Assembly: GCA_023379025.1 (NCBI GenBank)
Contig: JAMCTH010000010.1
Span: forward strand, 9,088-73,087
DNA: 64,000 bases
Source: Patescibacteria group bacterium
GTDB lineage: Bacteria > Patescibacteriota > Microgenomatia > UBA10105 > UBA927
Direction of reading: 5' to 3'
This document shows, piece after piece, positions 1 to 8,865 of the stretch (within the stretch, counting starts at the first letter, position 1; the number at the start of each line of letters is the position of its first letter). The notes under the pieces are model-generated. The model ran no database searches. It was not told the DNA's origin and saw only the letters and a program-made list of their open reading frames with translations. The translations under genes were made by a program, and so were the position numbers.

Positions 1-1370
1 TTAAGGAAAAGCGCCGCCGTTATGGCACCCCCGTAGCGTTTCCCGGAAATATTCCTGACGTCCGCGACCGTACTTTTCAAAAGTTCGGCATAGTCTTCGG
101 CAAGCGGGAGCTGCCACAGTTTCTCTCCGGTTTTTTCCGCCGTCGCCATAAGCAGTGCTGCGAGCTTCTGATCGGTCGAAAACAACCCGCTTATCTCTTC
201 CCCGAGCGCCACCATGCAGGCCCCGGTCAGGGTCGCCAAATCTATCGCCACATCAGGCTTCACCTTTTCAAAGGTATACGAAAGCGCGTCGGCAAGCACC
301 ACCCGTCCTTCGGCATCCGTATTGAGTATTTCAATCGTCTTTCCGTTCATGGCCCGGACGATATCCCCGGGCTTGATGGCGCGTGCCCCGGGCATATTTT
401 CCGTTGCTGAAATAAGCCCCACGACATTGACCTTGGGCCTGAGGATCGGCAGGACCGAAAACAAACCGAGTATGGCTGCGGCGCCTGCCATATCCATTTT
501 CATCGTTTCCATGTGCTCGGAAGGCTTAAGCGACAATCCGCCGGTATCAAACGTTATACCCTTCCCGACCAGCGCGACGGTTTTTTTCGCGGTCCCTTTG
601 TACGAAAGAACGATAAATTGAGGCTCCTCACTGCTGCCGCGCGCAATACCGAGGAGGGCCTGCATCCCGAGGCTGACGAGATCCTTTTTCCCGAGGACCA
701 GTGCGGTGAGGGAACGGTCCGATGCGGCAATCTTCTCAGCTACCTTCCCAAGATGTGACGGCGTCGTCAGGGACGGAGGTTCGTTCACAAGATCCCGTGC
801 AAAATAAACTCCCCGGGCTACAGTTTCTCCCCGTGCGGCTCCGCGGGCGACGTCGCTAAGGCATGCCGGCCGGACCAGGAATTGCACGAGTCCGATATGT
901 TTTTCTTTTTTCTGCGAAGCTTCACTTTTATGCCTGTTAAACACATACGTGCCGAGGTGCATGCCTATCGCGGCAGCTTCACCGGCTTCTTCTTTTCCCA
1001 GCCGGTCAAAGATCTCCTTGGGGAGCGCAATATCAACGGTTCTAGCGGCAACCTGCTTCCCTACCCTGCCGACGACGGCAAGAACCGATTCAAAGGTAAA
1101 CACGGTAAGCGCTTTGGGAGCTCCCATCCCGACCAGAAGGATCCGCTTGACCGGCAGAAGACCGTGGCTATGGATAAGAAGGGTCGATTTTGGCTTCGCC
1201 TCAAAATCTTCGGTCCGCGCAACCTCCGACAGCATGCCGCGGAGCGTACGGTCCAGGATCTCGGCTTCGGGAGAAAGGATCAAACCGGATTTCCCGTCCT
1301 CCCACGCGCATACCGCCAGCATATCTGCTTCGGATTTCAGCGGTTCTGTGACTTTGACTTTGCACTGCAT
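1..1370 (-). CDS. pepA: Leucyl aminopeptidase (M17), 3' end runs off window
   Basis: Not in the ORF track (open-ended). Minus-strand translation from ATG at 1370 (GGAGG upstream) contains the M17 metal-binding motifs GKGITFDTGG, MKMDMAGAAA, NTDAEGR and GGAITAALFL. Confidence 0.93.
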   Translation of the reverse strand, partial: MQCKVKVTEPLKSEADMLAVCAWEDGKSGLILSPEAEILDRTLRGMLSEVARTEDFEAKPKSTLLIHSHGLLPVKRILLVGMGAPKALTVFTFESVLAVVGRVGKQVAARTVDIALPKEIFDRLGKEEAGEAAAIGMHLGTYVFNRHKSEASQKKEKHIGLVQFLVRPACLSDVARGAARGETVARGVYFARDLVNEPPSLTTPSHLGKVAEKIAASDRSLTALVLGKKDLVSLGMQALLGIARGSSEEPQFIVLSYKGTAKKTVALVGKGITFDTGGLSLKPSEHMETMKMDMAGAAAILGLFSVLPILRPKVNVVGLISATENMPGARAIKPGDIVRAMNGKTIEILNTDAEGRVVLADALSYTFEKVKPDVAIDLATLTGACMVALGEEISGLFSTDQKLAALLMATAEKTGEKLWQLPLAEDYAELLKSTVADVRNISGKRYGGAITAALFL

Positions 1371-1452
1371 AGTATCCTCCGGACGATAACCAACGGTCGT
1401 CTCTCCGTCAGCCGCGTTCCCGGCTTAAGAGAGACGGCTCAAAACCCCAAAG

Positions 1453-1540
1453 TGGCGCGGGAGAGAATCGAACTCTCACTCCGCCGGCTGGCGGAACGGG
1501 TTTTTGAGACCCGCCTGTCTCCCAATTCCAGCACCGCGCC
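1453..1540 (-). tRNA. tRNA-Leu (anticodon CAA), long variable arm, CCA not encoded
   Basis: Reverse complement: acceptor GGCGCGG/CCGCGCC-A, D-loop GGAATTGGGAGAC, anticodon arm CGGGT-CTCAAAA-ACCCG, variable arm TCCGCC..GGCGGA, T-arm GAGAG-TTCGATT-CTCTC. Confidence 0.95.
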
Positions 1541-1587
1541 GCGTTTCCCGCGGTATGTTCCCCGCATAGTATAGCATGCGGAGAGCG

Positions 1588-2931
1588 TTAATTGGCCGCT
1601 GATGCGGGTCTTTTTTTCTCGATGCTGTAAAACCGGATCCGGTCGCCCCGGAACATAAGATCGATTTCGCCGAGCGGTCCGTTTCTGTGTTTGGCTATCC
1701 GAAGCTTTGTCGCGATCTGTTCACCCCAGTTCGCCTGATCCTGCTCCTCGCGGTAGAGAAACATCACGACATCCGCGTCCTGTTCGATCGACCCCGACTC
1801 CCGGAGGTCGGACAGTTCCGGCACCTTCGTACCCCTCGCTTCCACGGCCCGGGAAAGCTGTGAACAGGCAAGGACCGGCACTCTGAGTTCACGGGCAAGG
1901 TTTTTGAGACTCTGGGAGATAAGCGATACCTCCTGTACCCGGTTATCAAACCTTCTGCCTGAATCGGCAAGCTGCAGATAGTCCAGAATGATAAGCTTTA
2001 CCCCCTGCTCCACCTGGAGCCGCCGCGCTTTGGTACGCATCTCCATGATATTGAGGCCCGGCGTATCGTCGATGTAGATCGGCGCTTCGGCGAGCTCTCC
2101 CATGGCCTCTGACAGTTTCGTAAAGTCCTCGTCCGACAGCTTGCCGGTTTTGAGTTTCCACGCATCGATGTCCGCCTGGGATACCAAAAGCCTGTCCACA
2201 AGTTCCTCCTTGCTCATCTCAAGCGAAAATATCCCGACCGGCGTCTTGTCATGGATGGATACATACTGGGCGATATTGAGCACCATGGCCGTTTTTCCGG
2301 TTCCGGGACGGGCGGCAAGAATAATAAGGTTTGAATCCTGCAGTCCGGCAAGCCTAAAGTCTATATCGGAAAATCCCGTCGCCACCCCGCGGAGACCGCC
2401 GGCCCGTTTGTGCAATTCGTCAAGGCGGTCAAAGGATGAGGCAAGCGCGTCTTTGATCGGGACGAAATCCCGTTTGGTTGCTGACTGGGATATGGCAAAC
2501 AATTCCTGCTCTGCCGTGTCCAGAATTTCCCGGACCGCTCCCTCTTCGCGGAATGCGTTCTCCGTCATTTTGGCGGCAGCTTCGATAAGCCGGCGTTTGG
2601 TTGCGTGTTCAAGGATGATCCTGCCGTACTGCTCGGCATGGGCGCTCGTCGGCACGACATTCAGAAGATCGGAAAGGTACGACGCTCCGCCGACCGACTT
2701 CAGCATGCCGTTCTTTTTGAGCTGCGCCGTCAGCGTCACGATATCGACAGGTTCATGCTGCTCGTACAGCGCGAGCATGGCATCGTAGATTGCCGCGTGG
2801 GCATCCTTGTAAAAATGCTGGGAGCGCAGAAACTCGGCAACATCTACCATTGCGTCCTTATCGATAAGAAGGGCTCCAAGGAGCGACTGTTCTGCGACAT
2901 CGTCGTGCGGGGGAACCTTGGGATATGCCAT
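1588..2931 (-). CDS. dnaB: Replicative DNA helicase
   Basis: PPHD..AEQSLLG N-terminus, AARPGTGKT Walker A, FSLEM, DYLQL, SQLSR, DLRESGSIEQDAD, KHRNGP. Confidence 0.98.
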   Translation of the reverse strand: MAYPKVPPHDDVAEQSLLGALLIDKDAMVDVAEFLRSQHFYKDAHAAIYDAMLALYEQHEPVDIVTLTAQLKKNGMLKSVGGASYLSDLLNVVPTSAHAEQYGRIILEHATKRRLIEAAAKMTENAFREEGAVREILDTAEQELFAISQSATKRDFVPIKDALASSFDRLDELHKRAGGLRGVATGFSDIDFRLAGLQDSNLIILAARPGTGKTAMVLNIAQYVSIHDKTPVGIFSLEMSKEELVDRLLVSQADIDAWKLKTGKLSDEDFTKLSEAMGELAEAPIYIDDTPGLNIMEMRTKARRLQVEQGVKLIILDYLQLADSGRRFDNRVQEVSLISQSLKNLARELRVPVLACSQLSRAVEARGTKVPELSDLRESGSIEQDADVVMFLYREEQDQANWGEQIATKLRIAKHRNGPLGEIDLMFRGDRIRFYSIEKKRPASAAN

Positions 2932-2964
2932 AGGAGAATAATAATCTACTGTGATAATTGGGTA

Positions 2965-3612
2965 TTATTCCAGTACGACCACCTGCATCTCTTCCGGAAG
3001 TTTATCCTTCGATAGGACAAGCTTGGGCTGCGGTGCCGCGCCTTCCTTACCCATTTCTTTAAGAAACTGCGATACCGGCGAAAGCACCGTACCGATTTTT
3101 TCGCTCAGTCCTTTTCTCCCGTAGTGCATCGGGATAACGATAGAAGGGCTGATCTTATTTACCAGTGCCGCGGCAGTCGGGGCATCGATCGTGTAATAGC
3201 CGCCGACGGGCACGAACAAGATATCAACGCCGTCAAGTGTGTCAACCTGGTCGGCGGAAAGGCTGTGCCCGAGATCCCCAAGGTGCACAAACGAGAGGCC
3301 GTCGAGTTCAATGCGGTAGATCGTATTGCTCCCGCGTTGTGCACCGTTCTCCGTATCGTGGTAGACGCCGATGCCGACAATCCCGACACCCTTGATCTCA
3401 TACTCTCCCGGACCGCGCACTACAAACGGCCGACCCTCGAGGTTACCGACGGCGTTGTGATCCCCGTGATCGTGGGAAACCGTTACAATGTCCGCGGCAA
3501 CATGTTTCGGAAATGCTAAACCGACCATGGCCGGATCATACGGATCTGTAACAACCGTTGCCGTTTTTCCTTTGAGACGGAATGACGAATGGCCCAGCGA
3601 GGTGATCTCCAT
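2965..3612 (-). CDS. MBL-fold metallo-hydrolase (Lactamase_B_3-like)
   Basis: LGHSSF, DP, SHDHGDH, HLGDLG, PMHY motifs. Confidence 0.87.
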   Translation of the reverse strand: MEITSLGHSSFRLKGKTATVVTDPYDPAMVGLAFPKHVAADIVTVSHDHGDHNAVGNLEGRPFVVRGPGEYEIKGVGIVGIGVYHDTENGAQRGSNTIYRIELDGLSFVHLGDLGHSLSADQVDTLDGVDILFVPVGGYYTIDAPTAAALVNKISPSIVIPMHYGRKGLSEKIGTVLSPVSQFLKEMGKEGAAPQPKLVLSKDKLPEEMQVVVLE

Positions 3613-3705
3613 GCTTGCTTTTTATAGCAGATTCACGTATGCTTAGCAACACCCTGCTCTGATATTTCTTTTTTCAGTAATTTTTCAGCCGGAAGCGTGT
3701 ACCCT

Positions 3706-4149
3706 ATGAATCGCGACGCATTGCTTGCTACACTTATCGGTCTCGGATTGGGGCTGGTCATCACGGGTGCGCTCATTCTTACTCCGTCCCTTCTCAGGCT
3801 TCTGCCGAAGATCACCCTGCCAAAAGTCGCGGTCTCCATGCCCAAATCCGCGAAGACTCCGGCCCCGAGACCGACACCCGCAGCATTCGGACTCACGGTT
3901 GACAGTCCGCTTCCGAACGCCATTGAACACAAGACGGATCTCATCGTATCCGGCACAACCGGTGCCGGTGCGACCGTCGTCGTCCAGGGACTGACGGATG
4001 ACGATGTGACCGTCGTCGGCAAAGACGGGAAGTACGTCGGGAAAATCACCCTCTCGGAAGGGAAAAACACCGTTACCGTCACGAGTTACGGGAAAGACAA
4101 ACAAAAGGGAACATCCGTCGTCGTGTACTATACGCCGGAATCGCTCTGA
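3706..4149 (+). CDS. Membrane-anchored protein with C-terminal Ig-like domain
   Basis: N-terminal TM helix, Pro/Thr linker, beta-rich domain (V.SP..VSG.T..G.Y..LSEGKN.VTV). Confidence 0.7.
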   Translation: MNRDALLATLIGLGLGLVITGALILTPSLLRLLPKITLPKVAVSMPKSAKTPAPRPTPAAFGLTVDSPLPNAIEHKTDLIVSGTTGAGATVVVQGLTDDDVTVVGKDGKYVGKITLSEGKNTVTVTSYGKDKQKGTSVVVYYTPESL

Positions 4150-4152
4150 CCT

Positions 4153-4917
4153 ATGAAACGCGTTCTGACATCGATCGTTCTTACCGCCGCAATGCTTCTT
4201 GTGGCGTCGCGTACGTTTGCCGCCAGCGACGCATCAGTGTCCGCGACTCCGAACCCCCTGCCGAGCGGCGTCAGCGAGCAGCAGCTCGAAACCATTAAAG
4301 ACCGCCTTGCCACAAAAGTCGCTGAACTGCGGCATCTTGAACCCATGGCGATCTACGGCACGGTTAAGGACAAATCCCTGACGTCAGCAACCGTTGAAAC
4401 CGACACCAAAGACGTCAAAATAGAACTGACGGATTCGATCAAGGTCATTGAGGTGATCCGCGGAGCCCGGACCACACTGACGCTTGATGACCTGTCCAAT
4501 AAAGATACCGTCACCGTGTTTGGCTCGTATGATCAGACCCTCGACGTATTAAGCGCAAGCGTTATCTTTCTCCAGGGAGCACTTCCCGTCCACGCGGACG
4601 GCGTTATCACGGATATCGATAAGACCAATAATACGCTGACGGTGCGCTCCCCGGACGGGCAGTCGACGGTTATTGACATCGAAACCGATACCAAAACCAA
4701 CACATGGACGAAAGACGGAGGCATCACAAAATCCGGATTTTCGAAAGTCGCCGTCGGGGATACCCTGCAGATCATCGCGACTCCCGAGCCCAAATACCAA
4801 AACCGCGTAAGCGCCCGCCGCATTCTGGATCTTGGCAACCTCACGAGCCCCACTCCGACGCCCCGGAGTACGGGAGAAGCCACTCCTTCATCCGTCACGG
4901 TCTCGCCGACCCCATAA
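4153..4917 (+). CDS. Secreted hypothetical protein with repeated OB-like (DUF5666-like) beta domains
   Basis: Signal peptide; two G.V/I.....TV...T......L..GD.V repeats; Pro/Thr tail. Confidence 0.62.
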   Translation: MKRVLTSIVLTAAMLLVASRTFAASDASVSATPNPLPSGVSEQQLETIKDRLATKVAELRHLEPMAIYGTVKDKSLTSATVETDTKDVKIELTDSIKVIEVIRGARTTLTLDDLSNKDTVTVFGSYDQTLDVLSASVIFLQGALPVHADGVITDIDKTNNTLTVRSPDGQSTVIDIETDTKTNTWTKDGGITKSGFSKVAVGDTLQIIATPEPKYQNRVSARRILDLGNLTSPTPTPRSTGEATPSSVTVSPTP

Positions 4918-4980
4918 ACGCACCTCGTATAGGCTTGCCTCCGGCTCAGGGAGCATGATAGCATTCGGTTAAGACAAACC

Positions 4981-5322
4981 ATGAAACGACTGCGAGTGGA
5001 ACGATTTGCAAAAACCCCGACATCCTACCCCTCACCCATGATACGGGAGCTCTTTGGGGCAATCCTGTTGCTGAAATCCCCGAAGGAAGCATCCGATTTT
5101 TTCCGCGATTTACTCACCATGGCAGAACTCAACGAATTCACCAACCGCTGGCAGATGGTCAAAATGCTCTCCCAGGGCAAATCATATGAAGACATTGCAA
5201 AAAATCTGCATGTATCAACAGCCACAGTCACCCGTGTCGCCTACTGGCTGGAGCATGGTTTCGGCGGCTATAAAGAGATAGCAAAACGTCTCTATCGCAT
5301 CAAAGAAAAACCCTTTGAATAA
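4981..5322 (+). CDS. TrpR-family repressor, YerC/YecD (HisR-like)
   Basis: FFRDLLT..EL....RW..V.ML..G.SY..IA.....STATVTRV...L..G.GGY, the YerC/TrpR signature. Confidence 0.9.
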   Translation: MKRLRVERFAKTPTSYPSPMIRELFGAILLLKSPKEASDFFRDLLTMAELNEFTNRWQMVKMLSQGKSYEDIAKNLHVSTATVTRVAYWLEHGFGGYKEIAKRLYRIKEKPFE

Positions 5323-5406
5323 GTCAGCAACCGTATTCAGTAATCAGGATCCCATTGTCTGATCTCCCCGCCGTGATTCCCTTTTCCGGTTGCCAAGTTT
5401 CAGCTA

Positions 5407-5435
5407 TTGACATGAATGTATTACTATGTTAATAT
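5407..5435 (+). promoter_or_regulatory. Sigma70-type promoter with extended -10
   Basis: TTGACA (5407-5412), 17-nt spacer, TGn then TAATAT (5430-5435). Confidence 0.8.
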
Positions 5436-5466
5436 ATTAACGTATTAATAGATTAGTATATTAAAA
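5419..5466. promoter_or_regulatory. Three tandem 16-bp palindromic operators (TATTA-N6-TAATA), candidate HisR/TrpR-family sites
   Basis: TATTActatgtTAATA, TATTAacgtatTAATA, gATTAgtatatTAAaA abut each other and cover the -10 box and the likely start site. Confidence 0.7.
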
Positions 5467-5475
5467 CTGTTTTCT

Positions 5476-5565
5476 ATGATCAGCATCTTGACCTACCAGC
5501 TTCTTATATCGTTTCCATCCGGTTCTCCCGGTTTGTTTCTGCACGTCCACCATCATACGCACTAA
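5476..5565 (+). CDS. Putative His-rich leader peptide MISILTYQLLISFPSGSPGLFLHVHHHTH
   Basis: 29-codon ORF whose last 7 codons contain 5 His; first ORF after the promoter of the hisS-containing cluster. Confidence 0.65.
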   Translation: MISILTYQLLISFPSGSPGLFLHVHHHTH

Positions 5566-5676
5566 CACTCCTGCGCGTGGTTAAAGCGAGAAAAATCATT
5601 CCGCTTCCGTTTCCATACATCACCGTTGTCATCCGTTTTCTCCCTTTTCCCATTCGTAGTGACCTTTCATTAAGAA

Positions 5677-5814
5677 ATGAAGTATCAAAAAATTCTTGAA
5701 TTATTACTACCGAATATGACACCCATGACAAGCGTGCAAAAAGAAATTGACCGATTCGAGGAGTTACGACCAGGCATCGTGGCAGCCTTCGGAAAAAGAT
5801 TGAAGACGTATTAA
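5677..5814 (+). CDS. Small 45-aa protein MKYQKILELLLPNMTPMTSVQKEIDRFEELRPGIVAAFGKRLKTY
   Basis: Below the ORF-track cutoff; stop lies 5 nt before the next ATG; amphipathic-helix-like composition. Confidence 0.5.
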   Translation: MKYQKILELLLPNMTPMTSVQKEIDRFEELRPGIVAAFGKRLKTY

Positions 5815-5819
5815 ACCGT

Positions 5820-6758
5820 ATGGAAACACTATCAACCATCCTCAGCGGAGCTGAGTATCAGAATTTTCTGACTTCCGACTTTGACAGCCAGCGGATAACC
5901 AGATGGCTGCTGCGTAAAGGAGGCGCCGAAATTGAATACCTCAATGCGGATGAGTGGGTAAACGAACCGGACTCCCCTCCCGACGACGAGCGGGCCGTAC
6001 TGCTTACTCCAGAACTTATGGGGGCAGTCAACGATGTCCGGAGTCTCTGGCAGACCTGGCGTTCTCTTTCTTATGGAAAACCTATTGATGAACTAAAAAT
6101 CCTCTCGAGACTGTTATCAAACCGAATTTCCGGAAATGATCAGGTATTATATGTCCCGTGGGGCTCGGCTCCCGGGGTATTTAGGCTAGACTGGAAAGAA
6201 GAAAAGGTTATGGAAAAGATAACGGGAATTGCTTCAATAGCTGCAGAATACGGCATTTCAACCCGGGTACTTATCATGCCCGCTGACGTATATGCACTCG
6301 TAATAAATAAACGGGAACCCAATGAAGTTATCGCGTATTACTATGAAGTCGCGGCGCTTGCCGCTAGATTCGGGTTCGACACCAGGCCGTGGTCTGAAAT
6401 TCGATCGGATAATTCCGGACGGTATGCAGAGTTAAAAGAGTATTATTCGGACAAACGATTACGATCATGTATTCCGGATGACATCATTGAGCAGGCGATC
6501 GGTCAGGCGGCGCGTTGGAGCGGATACGCCTCAGAAAGAGATATAAAAAGAGCGGCATTCTCATATCTCCGGGAACGAAACATAGAAGCACAAATTATCG
6601 ATGAACAGTATGCCGCAATCAAAGTGAGCGCCGTCCCCAAGGCAAAGGATGCATATGTCGATGACCCGCTTCCGCGGCTCTATGTCATCGACAAGGAATT
6701 ACAATTCCCGTGGCTCAGACCCTCGGGAAACGGAGCGTCGTATGACAGATATCGATAA
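5820..6758 (+). CDS. Orphan enzyme, tentatively DIT1/PvcA (isonitrile synthase)-like or other HUP-fold protein
   Basis: 312-aa ORF overlapping the next gene. Motif order VLYVPWG..EEKVM..VLIMPAD..V.AY..AIKVSAVP..FPW. The CDS is solid; the family call is tentative. Confidence 0.5.
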   Translation: METLSTILSGAEYQNFLTSDFDSQRITRWLLRKGGAEIEYLNADEWVNEPDSPPDDERAVLLTPELMGAVNDVRSLWQTWRSLSYGKPIDELKILSRLLSNRISGNDQVLYVPWGSAPGVFRLDWKEEKVMEKITGIASIAAEYGISTRVLIMPADVYALVINKREPNEVIAYYYEVAALAARFGFDTRPWSEIRSDNSGRYAELKEYYSDKRLRSCIPDDIIEQAIGQAARWSGYASERDIKRAAFSYLRERNIEAQIIDEQYAAIKVSAVPKAKDAYVDDPLPRLYVIDKELQFPWLRPSGNGASYDRYR

Positions 6759-7638
6759 ACGCATTCAGAACATCGTCAGACAAAGTATTGATCTCCACGT
6801 CCACATCGGGCCGGAGATTGTCCCGCGGAAATTTACGGTATCCCAACTGGTACAGGCGGAAAAAGGCAGTATTGGAGGATTTGCCCTAAAAAATCACTTT
6901 TGGAGTACGGTTCCCTTTGTAAGGGAAGCACAAACCAAGGATATTCGTCTCGTTGGTTCCGTCGTGCTCAACTCCTTTGTCGGTGGTCTCAATCCCGATG
7001 CAATCTACGCTGCCCGCACTCTCACAGAGGTGCCGTTTATTGTATGGTTTCCGACTGTGAGCGCAAGTCAGTTCCTCCAGTCAAGCGCATGGGAAATCGC
7101 ACCGGAATGGATTGATCCCAAAGTGAACGTAAAGGTGCGAAAGAGTCAAGATATTCCGGGAATTTCCGTCCTGTCTTCAGACGGCACCCTCACAAAACAG
7201 GCGGCGGCGTGTCTTCTGGCGATAAAAAAGGCCGGAGCGATTCTTGCAACCGGACATATATCATGGAAAGAGGCCCGGTCACTTACCAATCGTGCTTTTA
7301 TCCTGGGGATCAAAAAAATCATTCTGACGCATCCCATCTACCAAAAAATTGCCATGCCGGTGGCGGTCCAAAAAACCCTTGCGCAAAAAGGGGCATTCGT
7401 AGAATTTTGTTATTCTATGTATAGTATAGACACCATTCCGATAGCCGCCATTGTCCGTGATATGCGTACGATCGGGCCGGCACGTTGTATAGTTTCCTCC
7501 GATGTCGGACAGACATTCAGCCCGTCACCGTCACGGGCGCTCACACGCTTTGCCTCGCTTCTACAAAAAGAGGGTATTAGCTCTGAGGAGCTCTCCGTCA
7601 TGATGGTCAAAAACCCACGATATCTCACCGATAGCTGA
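6742..7638 (+). CDS. Amidohydrolase-superfamily metalloenzyme (DUF6282-like)
   Basis: IDLHVHIGP, LKNH, VWFPT, LATGH, LTHP, SSDVGQ, NP motifs; start at ATG 6742. Confidence 0.8.
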   Translation: MTDIDKRIQNIVRQSIDLHVHIGPEIVPRKFTVSQLVQAEKGSIGGFALKNHFWSTVPFVREAQTKDIRLVGSVVLNSFVGGLNPDAIYAARTLTEVPFIVWFPTVSASQFLQSSAWEIAPEWIDPKVNVKVRKSQDIPGISVLSSDGTLTKQAAACLLAIKKAGAILATGHISWKEARSLTNRAFILGIKKIILTHPIYQKIAMPVAVQKTLAQKGAFVEFCYSMYSIDTIPIAAIVRDMRTIGPARCIVSSDVGQTFSPSPSRALTRFASLLQKEGISSEELSVMMVKNPRYLTDS

Positions 7639-7653
7639 TGCTATAATGCCGAT

Positions 7654-8865
7654 ATGAAGCTCCTGGATGATATTGATGCGCTCCTGGTTACCAATCCCAC
7701 GAATATCCGCTACCTTACCGGATTTGTAGGGACTGCGTCCGGAGAACGGGAAGCGTATGTACTGATCACCCGTGACGAGGCATTCTTCCTTACGAGCGGT
7801 TTGTATGTCGAAGAAGCATCATCACTGCAATTGTTAGATTGCTCTGTTGTTAAATTATTACAAACAACGAAACCTCTTCGTATTATCGAAATCCCGATAG
7901 GCAGCTCTTTGGGGAACAAACTTTCTGAGCTTATCGACACAAAAAAACACGTGTCTACCAGGATATCCCAAAAACGGTTTCTTCTCGGGTTTGAAGAGTC
8001 AAATCTGACGGTTTCGGAGCTCAATAACCTTACCGAATCGCTCCGAGGAGTCAAACTCGTTCCAACGACCGATAGAATAGAACTGCTCCGCCGGATTAAA
8101 CGGGCCGATGAGATCCAGCAAATTGAACTCGCCGCAAAAATCACCGACCAGTGTTTCTCGTACATCCTCAAGAGAATCCGTCCGGGCATCACGGAAGCGC
8201 GTCTTGCCTGGGAAATCGAAAGTTATCTCAGGCTGCGTGCCGGCGATATAGCCTTCTCTCCGATCGTCGCTTTTAACGCTCACTCAAGCATGCCGCATTT
8301 TTCCGTCCTGTCCCAGCGCACCGGACAAAATCAACGCTTAGCGTTGAACTCGTTCACTCCCCTCCGTCGCGGATCGCTCATACTCCTCGATTTCGGCGCG
8401 CGGGTCAACGGCTACTGCGCAGACATGACGCGCACGGTGTTTCTGGGACCCCCGAAACCGGAGTGGGCAAGCGCATACAAAACGGTCCTTGCCGCCCAAC
8501 AGGCCGCACTTACTTACCTCCGATCCTGTTATCATGTAACGGAACATGATAACAAATCTTCTCGTGCGGGCCGTGTGACTATATCGGGGAAAAAGGCGGA
8601 CGCAAGTACCAGAGAAATCATTACTGCCGAAGGCTTCCCTCCCTATCCGCATAGCCTCGGTCACGCGGTCGGGCTCGATGTTCATGAGATGCCCCGGCTG
8701 ACGGTTTCCGCTGACGTGACACTTGAGCCGGGAATGATCTTCTCCGTTGAGCCCGGCATCTATGTTTCCGGAAAGTATGGCATTCGCATCGAAGATTTGA
8801 TACTCTTGAAGAGTACTCGCTTGGAGATTCTGTCCAAATCTCCCAAAACACCACTCGTCCTATGA
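7654..8865 (+). CDS. Xaa-Pro aminopeptidase (M24B) with several in-frame insertions
   Basis: NIRYLTGF, PH, DFGA..GYCADMTRT, HSLGHAVGLDVHE, VEPGIY, GIRIED. Confidence 0.93.
   Translation: MKLLDDIDALLVTNPTNIRYLTGFVGTASGEREAYVLITRDEAFFLTSGLYVEEASSLQLLDCSVVKLLQTTKPLRIIEIPIGSSLGNKLSELIDTKKHVSTRISQKRFLLGFEESNLTVSELNNLTESLRGVKLVPTTDRIELLRRIKRADEIQQIELAAKITDQCFSYILKRIRPGITEARLAWEIESYLRLRAGDIAFSPIVAFNAHSSMPHFSVLSQRTGQNQRLALNSFTPLRRGSLILLDFGARVNGYCADMTRTVFLGPPKPEWASAYKTVLAAQQAALTYLRSCYHVTEHDNKSSRAGRVTISGKKADASTREIITAEGFPPYPHSLGHAVGLDVHEMPRLTVSADVTLEPGMIFSVEPGIYVSGKYGIRIEDLILLKSTRLEILSKSPKTPLVL

Noticed and set aside
1453-1540. tRNA-Leu as an integration site
   Set aside because: No integrase and no duplicated tRNA 3' end seen; the flanks are core genes.
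214-1574. Plus-strand ORFs of 135-230 aa
   Set aside because: Antisense shadows of pepA and the tRNA. The same applies to most overlapping ORFs in the track, such as 20148-21086, 34292-35230 and 44105-45217.
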